Of a stretch of 64,000 nucleotides of DNA, positions 23,308-33,652 are shown piece after piece. Position 1 is the stretch's first letter, and each line of letters starts with the position of its first letter. The position numbers and the translations under genes were made by a program. Under the pieces are notes generated by a model. The model saw only the letters and a list, made by a program, of their open reading frames with translations, was not told the origin of the DNA and searched no databases. The stretch spans positions 800,001 through 864,000 of the forward strand of contig OY729427.2 in the NCBI GenBank assembly GCA_963422375.2. The letters are read 5' to 3'. The DNA is from Bryobacterales bacterium (lineage in GTDB: Bacteria; Acidobacteriota; Terriglobia; Bryobacterales; UBA6623).

Positions 23308-24546
23308 ATGACGGCTACGGTCACCTTCCAAGAGCGCGGGTACTGTCGCAAGCCGGGATACCCTCGCACCGATGCCGCGCTAGGCTGGTTGCGCTGGCTC
23401 TACAACACGACGCTAGCCGAGAGGAAGACGGCCAGGGAGGAGCGCTCCGAGTCGGTCACGTACCTCGACCGATGCGGAGGCCTGCCCCGGCTTCGCAAGG
23501 CGGAGCCCGAGCAGCTCGGCAGCCTCTACGGAAGAGTGCTCGAAGCCAAGCCGTCTCGCGTGGACATGGTGTTCGAGGCCTTCTTCCGCAGGGTCGAGGC
23601 CGGCGATCGGCCGGGCTATCCGCGCTTCGAGCCTGCGAGCCGCTTCCGCGCGATTGAGTGCTTGCGTCCTCGGAAGCTGCGGGCACGCGGCAACGGTCGC
23701 TACCTCCTGCGGATCATGTGTCTTCCGAGAGAAGCCGTCAAGCCGCGGCAGGAGCTTCCAGGTATCAAGCCGAAGTTCGTCCGCATCGCGCGCACGGACT
23801 GGGCCAGCAACCTGGAATTGGTGTTCGACGGCATCTGCAAGCAGCCGCTGGCTCCGAGCGAGTCGGCCGCGGCCATCGGCCTCGGCGTGACGGATCAACG
23901 GGCCACCGGCGACGGCGAGCGGCTCGAGGGAGTCGACGACTCGGCTCATCGGAAGACGGTGCGCAAGCGACAGCGGGCGGTCGCTCGCTGCAGGAAGGGC
24001 AGCCGGACTCGCAGGAACCGCGTGCGGTCCCCGGGTAAGGCGCACGGTATGCGGCATCTGTCGAAGCGAAATGCCTGCGATCGCACGTCCCCTCGCCTTG
24101 TCCGCCGGCACGGCACGCTGGTTGACGAGGACTTGCCGATCCACAGCATGCCGCGTTCCGCGAACGCCACGGCCGAGGCGCCCGGAACGAACGGCAGGCA
24201 GAAGGCTGGACAGAATCGCTCGCTTCCGCGCCAGAGCCGGGGATCGCCGCTGGAGCAGCTTGCAGACAAGCCAGAGTGGGCCGGTCGCAGGTTCGAGCGA
24301 GTCAATCCCGGCTATACGTCGCAGCGGTGCCATCGCTGCGGCGAGGATGAGACGCGCCATCGCCAAGGCAAGCCGTACGCGTCCAAGCGCTGCGGATTCT
24401 CCCGCGATGCGGACGTAAGCGTCGCGATCAGCGCCTTGCAGGCCGTGAACTCGCCCGCGGTAGCTTCCAACCGCGGCAATGGCCGCGGTGCTGCCGGAAT
24501 TCGCTTGAGTCGGCATCGAGCCTTGAGGCGTTCGGTATACCGGTAG
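23308..24546 (+). mobile_element. tnpB: IS200/IS605-family TnpB (no tnpA nearby); open ORF with mutated RuvC-I and Zn-finger
   Basis: LYNTTLAER, FEAFFRR...PGYPRF, AAIGLGV (in place of GIDLG), EDL, VNPGYTSQRCHRCG, RDAD; 412 codons with no stop. Confidence 0.85.
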
Positions 24547-24567
24547 AAGAAGTCGGAAGGCAATCCC

Positions 24568-25605
24568 ATGCCCGCGGTCCAAGCAGCGCTGCACCGAGCC
24601 GCCGACCGGCAGGATCTGCAGGAGAGGCAGGCCCATGCCGCGATGCTGTCGATCCTGCGGGGCGAGTCAACGCCCGTCCTGACGGCCGCCCTGCTGGCCG
24701 CCCTGCGCGCGAAGGGCGAGACGGCGGCCGAGTTGACGGGCTTCGCGCGAGCGATGCGCGAGAACGCGGTCAGGGTCCGGCCCCGCTCGACGCCGCCCGA
24801 GCGTCTCGTGGACACTTGCGGCACCGGCGGCGACGGCGGATCCACCTTCAACATCTCCACGGCGGCGGCGCTAGTGGCGGCCGGGGCGGGCCTGGCCGTG
24901 GCCAAGCACGGCAACCGGTCCGTGTCGAGCCGGTGCGGCTCGGCCGACGTGCTGGAAGCCCTCGGAGTCCGGGTCGGGCTCGGTGCCGAGCAGGTCGCTC
25001 GATCGATCGACGAGACGGGCATCGGCTTCCTCTTCGCGCCCGCGCTGCATCCGGCCATGCGCCACGCCGGGCCGGTGCGGCGGGAGCTGGGCATGAGGAC
25101 GGTGTTCAACCTGCTCGGTCCGCTGTGCAACCCGGCCGCAGCTGCGGTGCAGGTCGTCGGCGTCTACGAAGACCGGGCGGTGGCGCTGGTGGCCGAGGCG
25201 CTCGCCCGGCTCGGCGCGCGACGGGCCCTGGTCGTTCACGGGAGCGACGGCATGGACGAGATCACCCTGACGGGACCGACCCGCTTCGCCGAGGTCCGGG
25301 ACGGCCGCGTCCGGCACGGCAGCGTGGAGCCGGCCGACTTCGGTCTGCCGGCCGTCGGCGGCGGTTTCGAGGGGGGCGACGCGATGGCCAATGCGGCGAC
25401 GGTCCGCGCCGTGCTGGACGGCCGGCCGGGGCCCGCCAGGGATATCGTGGTCATGAATGCCGGAGCGGTGCTCGGCGCCGCCGGCGCGGCGGGAAGCTGG
25501 CGCGAGGGCGCGGAGCGCGCCGCGGCAGCCATCGACACCGGAGCCGCCGCCGCCAAGCTGGCCGAGCTGGCGGCGTTCTCCCAACGCCTCGCCGCGACGC
25601 CCTGA
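24568..25605 (+). CDS. trpD: Anthranilate phosphoribosyltransferase
   Basis: DTCGTGGDG, FNIST, KHGNRSVSSRCGSADVLE, RTVFNLLGPL, GMDEI. Confidence 0.97.
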   Translation: MPAVQAALHRAADRQDLQERQAHAAMLSILRGESTPVLTAALLAALRAKGETAAELTGFARAMRENAVRVRPRSTPPERLVDTCGTGGDGGSTFNISTAAALVAAGAGLAVAKHGNRSVSSRCGSADVLEALGVRVGLGAEQVARSIDETGIGFLFAPALHPAMRHAGPVRRELGMRTVFNLLGPLCNPAAAAVQVVGVYEDRAVALVAEALARLGARRALVVHGSDGMDEITLTGPTRFAEVRDGRVRHGSVEPADFGLPAVGGGFEGGDAMANAATVRAVLDGRPGPARDIVVMNAGAVLGAAGAAGSWREGAERAAAAIDTGAAAAKLAELAAFSQRLAATP

Positions 25606-25629
25606 TCCCCGACCGAGTCGGAGCTCGGG

Positions 25630-26652
25630 CTAGCGGCCCGCCCCGTCGGCCAGGCGGTCCTCGAGCTTCTCGATGTGCCGGGCAAGCGCCGCCGCGACCC
25701 GCGCGGGCATTCTCTCGAACCGGTCCTCGCCCCCTGCCCGCTTGCGCTCCACCTCGCGGAACGCCGCCAAGGCCGCCTGATCGTCCCCCGCGGCCTCGCT
25801 CATCGCAGCTGTCTCGAGCGCGAACGTGTACGCCCGCGGGAAGTCGTCCGCGAGCGAGCGAAACAGCGCCGCGGCCTCGGCCGGCCGCCGCTCGCGGCGA
25901 TGCAGTAGCGCGAGGAGGAGGCGCGCGTCGTCGCGGTTCTGCTGCCCCTCGCTCGCAACGCGCGCGATCATGCCGGCGCCGCGCTTGCGGTTGCCGCGAT
26001 AGCCGCTCAGCGCGATGACCGCGCGCGCCGCCCACGGAAGACTCCCGAGAATGTACTCGTCGACCCCGGCTACGAGCAGACCGTCCACGAATTCCGGGTA
26101 GAGGCTGCACACGCGGTAGCTCGCCGCCCTGGCCCGCCGGCCGCTTGCCAGCGCGGCAAGGTACGACTTGGCGACCAGGAACTCGAAGCTCGCCCGCAGC
26201 GCGAGGACCTGCGCGAGGACGTGCAGCGCCTCCCGGTCGTCCGGAACGGACTGCAGGCGGCGCTCGCAGGCCGCCCGAGCCCGCGCGAAGGCCTCGCGAA
26301 GGGACCGGTTGATCTGCGGGTCGCGCTTCGCCTTTGGGACAGAGTTGTAGGCTTCATCGCCGCGAAAGGCGCTCGTGCCGATCAGTCCGAGCCGGCCGAG
26401 CTCGTGCGATAGCAGGGCCTTGGCCAAGAGCATGCGGGCACGCACGTCCCGCGGGTCCTCCTCGACCAGCCGCTCGAACCAGCGGACCGCCTCGGCGTGC
26501 TCCCGGTTGAAGAAGTAGTCGTGGCCGGGGACGTAGCGGTCCGACGCCACTCCGGCTCGGACCCCGAGCAGCACCAAGGCCGCGAGGCATGCCAAGGACG
26601 CCCGCGGCAGGCACTCGCGCCTAGCAGAGTACAAGAACCTCCAGGATGGCAT
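25630..26652 (-). CDS. Secreted TPR-like helical-repeat protein; start uncertain
   Basis: Signal-like LACLAALVLLG; Ala-rich helical repeats; host codon usage. Confidence 0.65.
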   Translation of the reverse strand: MPSWRFLYSARRECLPRASLACLAALVLLGVRAGVASDRYVPGHDYFFNREHAEAVRWFERLVEEDPRDVRARMLLAKALLSHELGRLGLIGTSAFRGDEAYNSVPKAKRDPQINRSLREAFARARAACERRLQSVPDDREALHVLAQVLALRASFEFLVAKSYLAALASGRRARAASYRVCSLYPEFVDGLLVAGVDEYILGSLPWAARAVIALSGYRGNRKRGAGMIARVASEGQQNRDDARLLLALLHRRERRPAEAAALFRSLADDFPRAYTFALETAAMSEAAGDDQAALAAFREVERKRAGGEDRFERMPARVAAALARHIEKLEDRLADGAGR

Positions 26653-27316
26653 CCCTCTTCAGATAGAAATGCACGGCGCGCGCCTGAGGGAACAGGGTCT
26701 CGAGCTTGCGAGTGCTGAACTCCTGGGAGGGCCGGCGACGACCGACCTCGCGCAGAGAGAAGGTGCTCTCGGAGTGGATCGAACAATTCAAGGCCGGGAT
26801 CGGCTCCACGCTCGACTCGCCGTGAAACAGGCAGAAGATCATGCCGCTCGGGCGCAAGATCTTGGCGCAGTGGGCGATCGTCACCCTCATCGCCCCTTGA
26901 TCGAGGTGCTGCAGGACATCCCATGCGAGCACCGCATGGAAGCTGTTCGGAGCGAAGTCCAGATTCATCCGTACGATTCGGCGCGCCGCTTCCACGGAGA
27001 CCTGGCCGTTCTCGTCAGCGAGCTCGGCCTTTGCCCTGTCAAACGTGTGCAGCAAGCTGACAAAGTTGATCCGGTGGCCCTGGCCGCCCACGAACCACGC
27101 CGTCCCCTCCGACAGCATCCCCAAGTCGAGGACCTTGAGATCCTCTACGCCCTCGAGATGGTCGAAGAGGCACCGAAGGCCGTGGCTCTCTCGAATCTGG
27201 GGCGACCCTTCGGACGAAGGCCGCCACGCGCCAGAAGAGTCGGGACTGCGGCTCTCCAGCTCGGCCCGGACGCCGCCGTCCCGCTTTCGGGCACTTCTTG
27301 GACGCAGTTTCAGCAA
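26621..27316 (-). CDS. Class I SAM-dependent methyltransferase-like protein
   Basis: KVLDLG, SFHAVLAWDVLQHL, ILRPSGMI. Confidence 0.7.
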   Translation of the reverse strand: MLKLRPRSARKRDGGVRAELESRSPDSSGAWRPSSEGSPQIRESHGLRCLFDHLEGVEDLKVLDLGMLSEGTAWFVGGQGHRINFVSLLHTFDRAKAELADENGQVSVEAARRIVRMNLDFAPNSFHAVLAWDVLQHLDQGAMRVTIAHCAKILRPSGMIFCLFHGESSVEPIPALNCSIHSESTFSLREVGRRRPSQEFSTRKLETLFPQARAVHFYLKRDAILEVLVLC

Positions 27317-27504
27317 CGGAGTGCCTCCTTCGCTAGAACTCGCGCAGCAGGCAGCGCGAGGCGCTTCTCGAGAGCTCCCCCGACGCTCCGTCTCGAGCCC
27401 GGTCCCAGCGGCCTAGGCGCCCGGGAGACGCCGCGCCCGGGCGGGGCGCGAGGCCATCGGATCGCACGAACGCCTGCGGGCCAGCCACGTGTCCGGCCTC
27501 GGTC

Positions 27505-28101
27505 TCATGCCTTGGCAGGCCGGACGAGGGCGGGGCCCGACGGAGCGGGCTTGGCCGCCTTCGTGGCCGACGCGGCCGCAGGCGTCTCGGCACTCGCCGC
27601 GCGCGACACAACGGGGTCACCGTCGCGACCCTTGACCTCGCTAGTCCCGCAAAAGACGGCGCCGTCCTCGACGACGAGCCGCTTTGAGATCAGGTTGCCC
27701 TCCAAGCGCCCCTCCTTCTTGATCTCGATCCGTTCGTGAACGTTCACCTTGCCGTGAAGGGTGCCGCGCAGCAGGAGCGAACGCGCTTCAATCTCGGCAT
27801 GCACCTCGCCGTTCGTGCCGATCAGGAGGCGGTTCTTCGGGATGCTGATCTTGCCCTCGATCAGGCCGTGCACGTCGATATCCTCTTGGGAGTCGATAGT
27901 GCCCCGAAACTTGACCGTCTTCCCGATCACGGAGTTCTGCTGGGCCCTGGGCTCGGCGGTGCGTTCCGATCTCGGTTGCGCGACTGGGGCGTCGGCCTCC
28001 CTGGGCGGGGGCTGGGGCGTTACAGGCGCACGACGGGGCAGCGGATCCGCTTTCTCGGCGCCTGCGGACTGATCCGGGCCTCTTCGTCCCCACATACTCA
28101 T
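27505..28101 (-). CDS. Bactofilin (polymer-forming cytoskeletal protein)
   Basis: SVIGKTVKFRGTIDSQEDIDVHGLIEG...VEDGAVFCG domain with Pro/Ala-rich tails. Confidence 0.92.
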   Translation of the reverse strand: MSMWGRRGPDQSAGAEKADPLPRRAPVTPQPPPREADAPVAQPRSERTAEPRAQQNSVIGKTVKFRGTIDSQEDIDVHGLIEGKISIPKNRLLIGTNGEVHAEIEARSLLLRGTLHGKVNVHERIEIKKEGRLEGNLISKRLVVEDGAVFCGTSEVKGRDGDPVVSRAASAETPAAASATKAAKPAPSGPALVRPAKA

Positions 28102-28239
28102 GATTTCATCCTGTCCCTCTCTGCCGCGTTGCGACTCGCCAGAAACCAATCAGTATAGCCAGACACGAGCGCCGACGGAGTGTTTGACGGAACATCAATG
28201 GTAGGCTACGCTCGGAACTTCGGGGCCGCACTCCCTCCC

Positions 28240-29250
28240 ATGCATGCATTCGAACTGACACGGGCGCTGATCGACATCGAATCCGTCACCCCAAACGAGC
28301 GCGAAATCGGGGATTTCTTGTTCGAGCACCTGTATCCACTGGCAGAGCGGCATGGCGGGAAGATCGAGAGGCAGGAGGTCGAGCCGGGCCGCAACAACGT
28401 CTGGGCTCGCTGGGGCGAGCCGGAGGTGGTGTTCTCCACGCACATGGACACCGTGCCGCCGTTTATCCCGTCAAGGGAGGACGACGAGTTCATCTGGGGG
28501 CGCGGCGCCTGCGACACCCACGGCATTGCCGCTGCGATGATCAACGCCGTGGAATCGCTGCTCGAGGACGGCCTGCAAGGCCTCGGCATCCTGCTGGTCG
28601 TGGGCGAGGAAGTCGACGGGGCCGGCGCGCGGCACGCCAACTCGCGGCCGCCGCGGGCTAGGTACCTAATCAACGGCGAACCCACGGAGAACCTGCTGGC
28701 CCTCGCGTCCAAGGGCACGCTGGGCCTGCGGATCCGGGCCTCGGGGCGCGCGTGCCATTCGGCGTACCCCGAACTCGGCGTGTCCGCCACCGACATCCTG
28801 CTGGACAGGCTGAATCGCCTGCGGGCGATCGACTGGCCGTCCGACCCGCTGCTGGGGGAGACGACCCTAAACGTCGGCACGCTCGAGGCCGGGCCGGCGG
28901 CGAACATCGTCGCCGACTACGCCGTCGCGTCAGTCGTCATCCGAGTCGTGGCCGACCTAGCCGCCACCAAGGCGCTCGCTTTTTCCGCGCTCGACGGGGT
29001 GGACGTGGAGGTGTTCTCGTACACGCCCGCTCTCCGCCTCCACGCCCTGGAGGGTTTCGAGACGTCGATCGTCAAGTACACGACCGATATCCCGAAGCTG
29101 ACGAACTGGGGTCGGCCGCTGCTGGTCGGACCCGGATCGATTCACCACGCGCATACGGTCGACGAGCGGATTCCCAAGGCCCAAATCGTGGAGGCGATCG
29201 ACCTGTACAAGCGGCTCGCCCTCTCGCTGAAGGGGGCGGGAAGGGGCTAA
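28240..29250 (+). CDS. M20-family metallopeptidase (ArgE/DapE-like deacylase)
   Basis: STHMDTVPP, GRGACD, GEE, NGEPT, GPGSIHHAHTVDE. Confidence 0.9.
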   Translation: MHAFELTRALIDIESVTPNEREIGDFLFEHLYPLAERHGGKIERQEVEPGRNNVWARWGEPEVVFSTHMDTVPPFIPSREDDEFIWGRGACDTHGIAAAMINAVESLLEDGLQGLGILLVVGEEVDGAGARHANSRPPRARYLINGEPTENLLALASKGTLGLRIRASGRACHSAYPELGVSATDILLDRLNRLRAIDWPSDPLLGETTLNVGTLEAGPAANIVADYAVASVVIRVVADLAATKALAFSALDGVDVEVFSYTPALRLHALEGFETSIVKYTTDIPKLTNWGRPLLVGPGSIHHAHTVDERIPKAQIVEAIDLYKRLALSLKGAGRG

Positions 29251-29258
29251 TCGGCTCG

Positions 29259-30005
29259 ATGCGGCAGGGCTACCGCATCTTCGACACCCACACGCACCTC
29301 GGGCGGGCACGGCACTCGGGGCGCGTGGCCGCCGCCGCCGACCTGCTCCGCGCCATGGACGCGGCGGGCGTGGACCGGTCGCTGCTGATTCCCTTCCCGG
29401 TGGTCGACGACTGCCGCAGGGAGCACGACGAGATCGGAGCCGCGATTCGCGCTCATCCGGACCGATTCGCCGGGGCTGCCTGCATGGACCCCTTCGTGCC
29501 CGAAGCCGAGTTCCGGAGCGAAGTCCGGCGCTGCCGAGAGCGCCACGGCTTCCGGGCGCTGAAGTTCCAGCCGCAGTACCAAGGCCTGAACCCCCTGTCC
29601 GAGCGCAGCGGCTTCCTGTTCGAGACCGCGCTCGAGAACGAGCTCGCGCTGGTCTGCCACACGGGCGCGGGCGCTCCGTTCGCGCTCCCCTCGCTGTATA
29701 TCCACCCCGCCCGGCGGTTCCCGGATCTGCGTATCGTGCTGGGCCACGCCGGCGGAGGCATCTACGCTCTCGAAGCGGCGGTCGCCGCCTCGGTCTGCCC
29801 GAACATCTATGTCGAGCTCTCCACGCTCACTCCGCATGCCGTGCTCGAGATCATGCAGCACGTCCCGTCGGACCGACTGATGGCCGGGTCGGACCTGCCG
29901 GAAAGCGTGGAGACCGAGATCGGAAAGATCCTGACGCTGCCCATCGCGGCCGCCGAGAAGCGCGCGATCCTCTGGGAAACGCCGACGGAGGTCTTCGGGG
30001 AATGA
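29259..30005 (+). CDS. Amidohydrolase_2 family protein
   Basis: DTHTH, CHTG, VLGHAGG, GSDLP. Confidence 0.85.
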   Translation: MRQGYRIFDTHTHLGRARHSGRVAAAADLLRAMDAAGVDRSLLIPFPVVDDCRREHDEIGAAIRAHPDRFAGAACMDPFVPEAEFRSEVRRCRERHGFRALKFQPQYQGLNPLSERSGFLFETALENELALVCHTGAGAPFALPSLYIHPARRFPDLRIVLGHAGGGIYALEAAVAASVCPNIYVELSTLTPHAVLEIMQHVPSDRLMAGSDLPESVETEIGKILTLPIAAAEKRAILWETPTEVFGE

Positions 30006-30125
30006 CGGCGCCAGCGACGCGTCTCTCGACGGCCGGGCCTCTCGCCGCGCCCCGCGGGATTGATCCGGCGGATACCGTCTGCGATACTCGTATCTAACCG
30101 ACGGAGCGCGAATTCAAGGAACTGC

Positions 30126-30347
30126 ATGGCAAAAGAAGAGGGCATCGAGGTCACCGGCACGATAATCGAGCGGCATCCGGGCGGCATCTTCAGCGTGGAA
30201 CTCGATGACAAGCACAAGGTTCTCGCTCAGATCGCCGGCAAGCTGCGCAAGCACCGCATCCGGATCCTAACCGGGGACCGCGTCAACGTGGAGCTGTCCC
30301 CCTACGACCTCACCCGCGGCCGTATCGTCTACCGCTATCGAAGCTGA
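30126..30347 (+). CDS. infA: Translation initiation factor IF-1
   Basis: [11 protein letters not shown]...[26 protein letters not shown]. Confidence 0.97.
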   Translation: MAKEEGIEVTGTIIERHPGGIFSVELDDKHKVLAQIAGKLRKHRIRILTGDRVNVELSPYDLTRGRIVYRYRS

Positions 30348-30410
30348 GGCGGCACGGGTCCATCGGGTCCACGGGGGCCGGACGGCGCGGGCGCGATAGT
30401 CTGGACGCTT

Positions 30411-30896
30411 ATGAGGCTGTTCGTGCTGCGCCACGCCATCGCGGAGGAGCCTCGGGCGGGCAAGCCGGACTCTGCGAGGCAGCTTACGGAGCCCGGCAGA
30501 GCCAAGGCCCGGCGCATGCTAGCGCACGCGCGAAGCGTCGGCGTCCGTCCCGCATCCATTCTGTCGAGTCCGTACCGGCGTGCCGCGCAGACCGCCGAGA
30601 TCGCATGCGCGGAACTGCAGCACCCGCACCCTGCCATCGAGACGCGCTCCCTGCTCCCCTACGTCAGCCTGTTCGACCTCTGGGAGGAGATTCGCGCGCA
30701 GGCGGCCGCCGGAGACGTAATGGTCGTCGGCCACAATCCCCAGCTGAGTTCGCTGACCGCCGCCCTGCTCGGAGCCCGGTCGGACGCCCTCTGGCTGAAG
30801 AAATCCGGCCTCGTCGCGCTGGACCTGGGCGCAGCGGGCAGCAACCCGCGCGCCTCTCTCTTGTGGCTGCTCACACCCGGCTCGGTCGGTCGCTGA
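30411..30896 (+). CDS. sixA: Phosphohistidine phosphatase SixA
   Basis: LRHA, DSARQLT, SSPYRRAAQTA, VVGHNP. Confidence 0.9.
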   Translation: MRLFVLRHAIAEEPRAGKPDSARQLTEPGRAKARRMLAHARSVGVRPASILSSPYRRAAQTAEIACAELQHPHPAIETRSLLPYVSLFDLWEEIRAQAAAGDVMVVGHNPQLSSLTAALLGARSDALWLKKSGLVALDLGAAGSNPRASLLWLLTPGSVGR

Positions 30897-30920
30897 TCCG
30901 TCGCGCAGGCCTCGACCCCG

Positions 30921-31559
30921 ATGCGGGACCGTTTCGCGGAGCTCCACCTCCCGCTCGCTAGGTTCTTCCGCGGCCGCCGCCTGCGCCGCTTCGCGCGGGC
31001 GTTCGACGTCAGCGAGTCCACCACCGTGCTCGACCTAGGCGGGAGCGAGTACTACTGGGCGTGGGTCGCGCCCCTTCCCAAGGTCACCGTGGCGAACCTG
31101 GAAGCACGCGACATACGTCGGGAACGGCTGCCGTGGGTCCGCGCGGACGGGCGGCTGCTCCCGTTCGCGGACCGGGCGTTCGACATAGTGTTCTGCAACT
31201 CGGTGATAGAGCACCTGCCTGACGAGCGCAGCAGGAAGCTGCTGGCCGGGGAGATCGCGCGCGTCGGGCGGGGCTACTGCGTGCAGACGCCGAACCGCTG
31301 GTTCCCGGTCGAGCCCCACACTCTCACGCCCGGGTTCCAGTTCCTCCCCCGGGGCTGGCAGGCCGGCTTGGCGCGAAACTTCACCGTGTGGGGCTGGCTC
31401 CGGCGCCCGGACCGCGTCGAGGCGCGGGGATTCGTCGAGAGCACGAACCTGCTGTCCGCCAAGAAACTTGTCCGGCTATTCCCGGACGCCCGGATCGACC
31501 GGGAGCGCTTTCTCGGCCTCACCAAGTCGATAAGCGCGGTCCGCAGCCGACGCGACTAG
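30921..31559 (+). CDS. Class I SAM-dependent methyltransferase
   Basis: VLDLGG, ADGRLLPFADRAFDIVFCNSVIEH, QTPNRWFPVEPH. Confidence 0.88.
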   Translation: MRDRFAELHLPLARFFRGRRLRRFARAFDVSESTTVLDLGGSEYYWAWVAPLPKVTVANLEARDIRRERLPWVRADGRLLPFADRAFDIVFCNSVIEHLPDERSRKLLAGEIARVGRGYCVQTPNRWFPVEPHTLTPGFQFLPRGWQAGLARNFTVWGWLRRPDRVEARGFVESTNLLSAKKLVRLFPDARIDRERFLGLTKSISAVRSRRD

Positions 31560-31958
31560 AATCCGGATCGGTAGCTCTCCGAGGGAAGCGCACGGCGGAC
31601 GACCTAAGATTCTGAAGCGCCGGATCGCCGTGCTCGGCGACCGCCCGCAACAAGCCGAGAATCCTGGCGTGAGCTCCCTCTCGTCCGGCGCGTGGATATC
31701 CGCGCTCGCACGAATTGAATTCGGCGTCCGGGGACTGGCTCCTGTCCGGAACCGAAGCGGGAGGCGCAGGAGACCCGGCGCTCTCTCGACGCCATACCGA
31801 GCGCAATCCGAGCCTCGCACCCGAGCCGCTCCGACTCGTCAAACAGGCCATGGCCGGAGCGTCCGGAGAAGCGCGCCGGCCATTGGCGGCAGCAAGCAAT
31901 GCCGGGCTTGGCGAACCCCTGCGACGGACTGAGTACACGAGCGGGTCACCCTTGTAAA

Positions 31959-33407
31959 GGGAATTATTTATCTGAGTGCCGAGGCAGCGGATTTGGCAAG
32001 TTATCAATCCATAAATTAATTTGACATTTCTCTTGGATATCTGTTGAAATTCGGTGGAAGTTCTTGATAGAATGGTTCCGATATAGGAGGTCATAGTTGA
32101 AGAATTTGAAGAAGAACTGTCCCGGAAATTGGTTTCGTAAAGGCATCACGTTGATTGAAGTGATCGCCATGTTCCCCGATGACGAATCCGCGGAAAAGTG
32201 GTTCGTCTCCGTGCGCTGGCCGGACCGTCCGGCATGCCCCCGCTGCCGCGGCTCCAGCGTGCAGTCCGGCGCGGCCCACCCTTCGATGCCGTACCGTTGC
32301 CGCGGTTGCGGCAAGCGCTTTTCCGTGCGCACCGGCAGCGTGACGGCCGACACCAAGCTCGGCCACCGCGTCCGGGCCATCGCCATGTTTCTGCTGACCA
32401 CCGGCCTCAAGGGCGTCTCCAGCATGAAGCTGCACCGCGACCCGGGCATCAGCCGGAAGTCGGCCCGGCACCTGGCGCACCGCATCCGCGCGTGCCGGGA
32501 GCGGGACCGGGACCTGTTCGTCGGCCCGGTGGAAGTGGACGAGACGTACGTCGGCGGCAAGGAGCGCAACAAGCACGAGAGCAAGAAGGCCCGCGCCGGG
32601 CGCGGGCCGGCCGGCAAGACCCCCGTGGCGGGCGCGCGGGACCGCGCCACGAACGAAGTGGCCGCCCGGCCGCTGCCGGGCACGACCGAGGGCGACCTGC
32701 AGGGCTTCGCGCGCGGCCGGGTCGCGCCGGGCGCGCAGGTCCGCTCCGACGAGGCGGCGGCCTGCGCCGGCATGGCGGAGTTCGCGCACGAGGGCGTCAA
32801 GCACTCCGGCGGCGAGTACGTGCGCGGGGCGACGCATGCGAACGGCATCGAGTCGTTCCGGTCCCTGTTCAAGCGCGGCCTCTACGGAACCTATCAGCGG
32901 ATGAGCGTCCAACATTCGGGCCGCTACCTCACGGAGTTCGCGGGACGGCGCAACGCCCGCAACTGCGACACGGCGGAACGGATGCGGCGCATGGCGCGGG
33001 GCCCGGTCGGCCGGACGCTGACCTACCGGCAACTGGTCGGCAAGGCCGCGGTCGCGGCCCGAGCACGGCCTGGCCGGTCCGCTGCGGCCTCTCTTCACGC
33101 TCGGTGCGAAGGGCGCTCCGGATCCGGAATCCCGCGCCGCGACCGGTGTCCAGTCCGGACAATTCATAGATGCAGCCGCCTTGGAAGGGGAGCCTCTCCA
33201 CGGCAATCCGGGTTCCACCGGGGCGCCCGAGGCGGCCTCTCCAGTCCGTGCGCCGCGAAATCCGCTGGCCGCCGCGATTCAGATACGAACCGACCTTTCG
33301 GTGCCCACCTCGGCTGCACACGAAAGACCCGAGCTAGACGCCGACGTCCCCAATCAGAGCAGTTCTAGCCGGATATGGCGTCGTCGGCACTCAGATATAT
33401 AATTCCC
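31959..33407 (+). mobile_element. Complete IS1595-family element (ISNwi1-like ends); transposase ORF 32097-33368
   Basis: 24-bp TIRs GGGAATTATTTATCTGAGTGCCGA (31959-31982) and 33384-33407, one mismatch. 8-bp TSD CTTGTAAA at 31951-31958 and 33408-33415. Zn ribbon plus VEVDETY, SDE, NGIES motifs. Confidence 0.95.
32044..32090 (+). promoter_or_regulatory. Sigma70-type promoter and SD of the IS1595 transposase
   Basis: TTGAAA-18nt-TAGAAT (TGn extended -10); AGGAGG 32085-32090; TTG start 32097. Confidence 0.6.
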
Positions 33408-33652
33408 CTTGTAAACGGCCGGCCTGCGGCGGCGCACTCGAGGGAGTGCCTCACCGTGCGCGACCCGTCGATGGCGGCGACGCCGCGCGCATCGAGCTGA
33501 AAGACGCGCTTCCGGCCGGTGGCCCGATCAAGGCCCGGGGCGGCCAGCACAGCCCCGCCCGGCTGCGGGTCGGGCAGACGAATCCCCTCATGGGCCCGCA
33601 GGTCTTTCGATCCCGCTCCTAGCTGAGCCCGCACTAGTGTACGATGCAGCCG

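Noticed and set aside
23250..24540. TACCGAA / TTCGGTA inverted match flanking tnpB
   Set aside because: Only 7 bp, and IS200/IS605 elements lack TIRs, so it is too weak to call ends
23308..24546. Cas12f / type V CRISPR effector
   Set aside because: No repeat-spacer array or cas1/cas2 in the window, and a decayed paralogue indicates an IS-type TnpB
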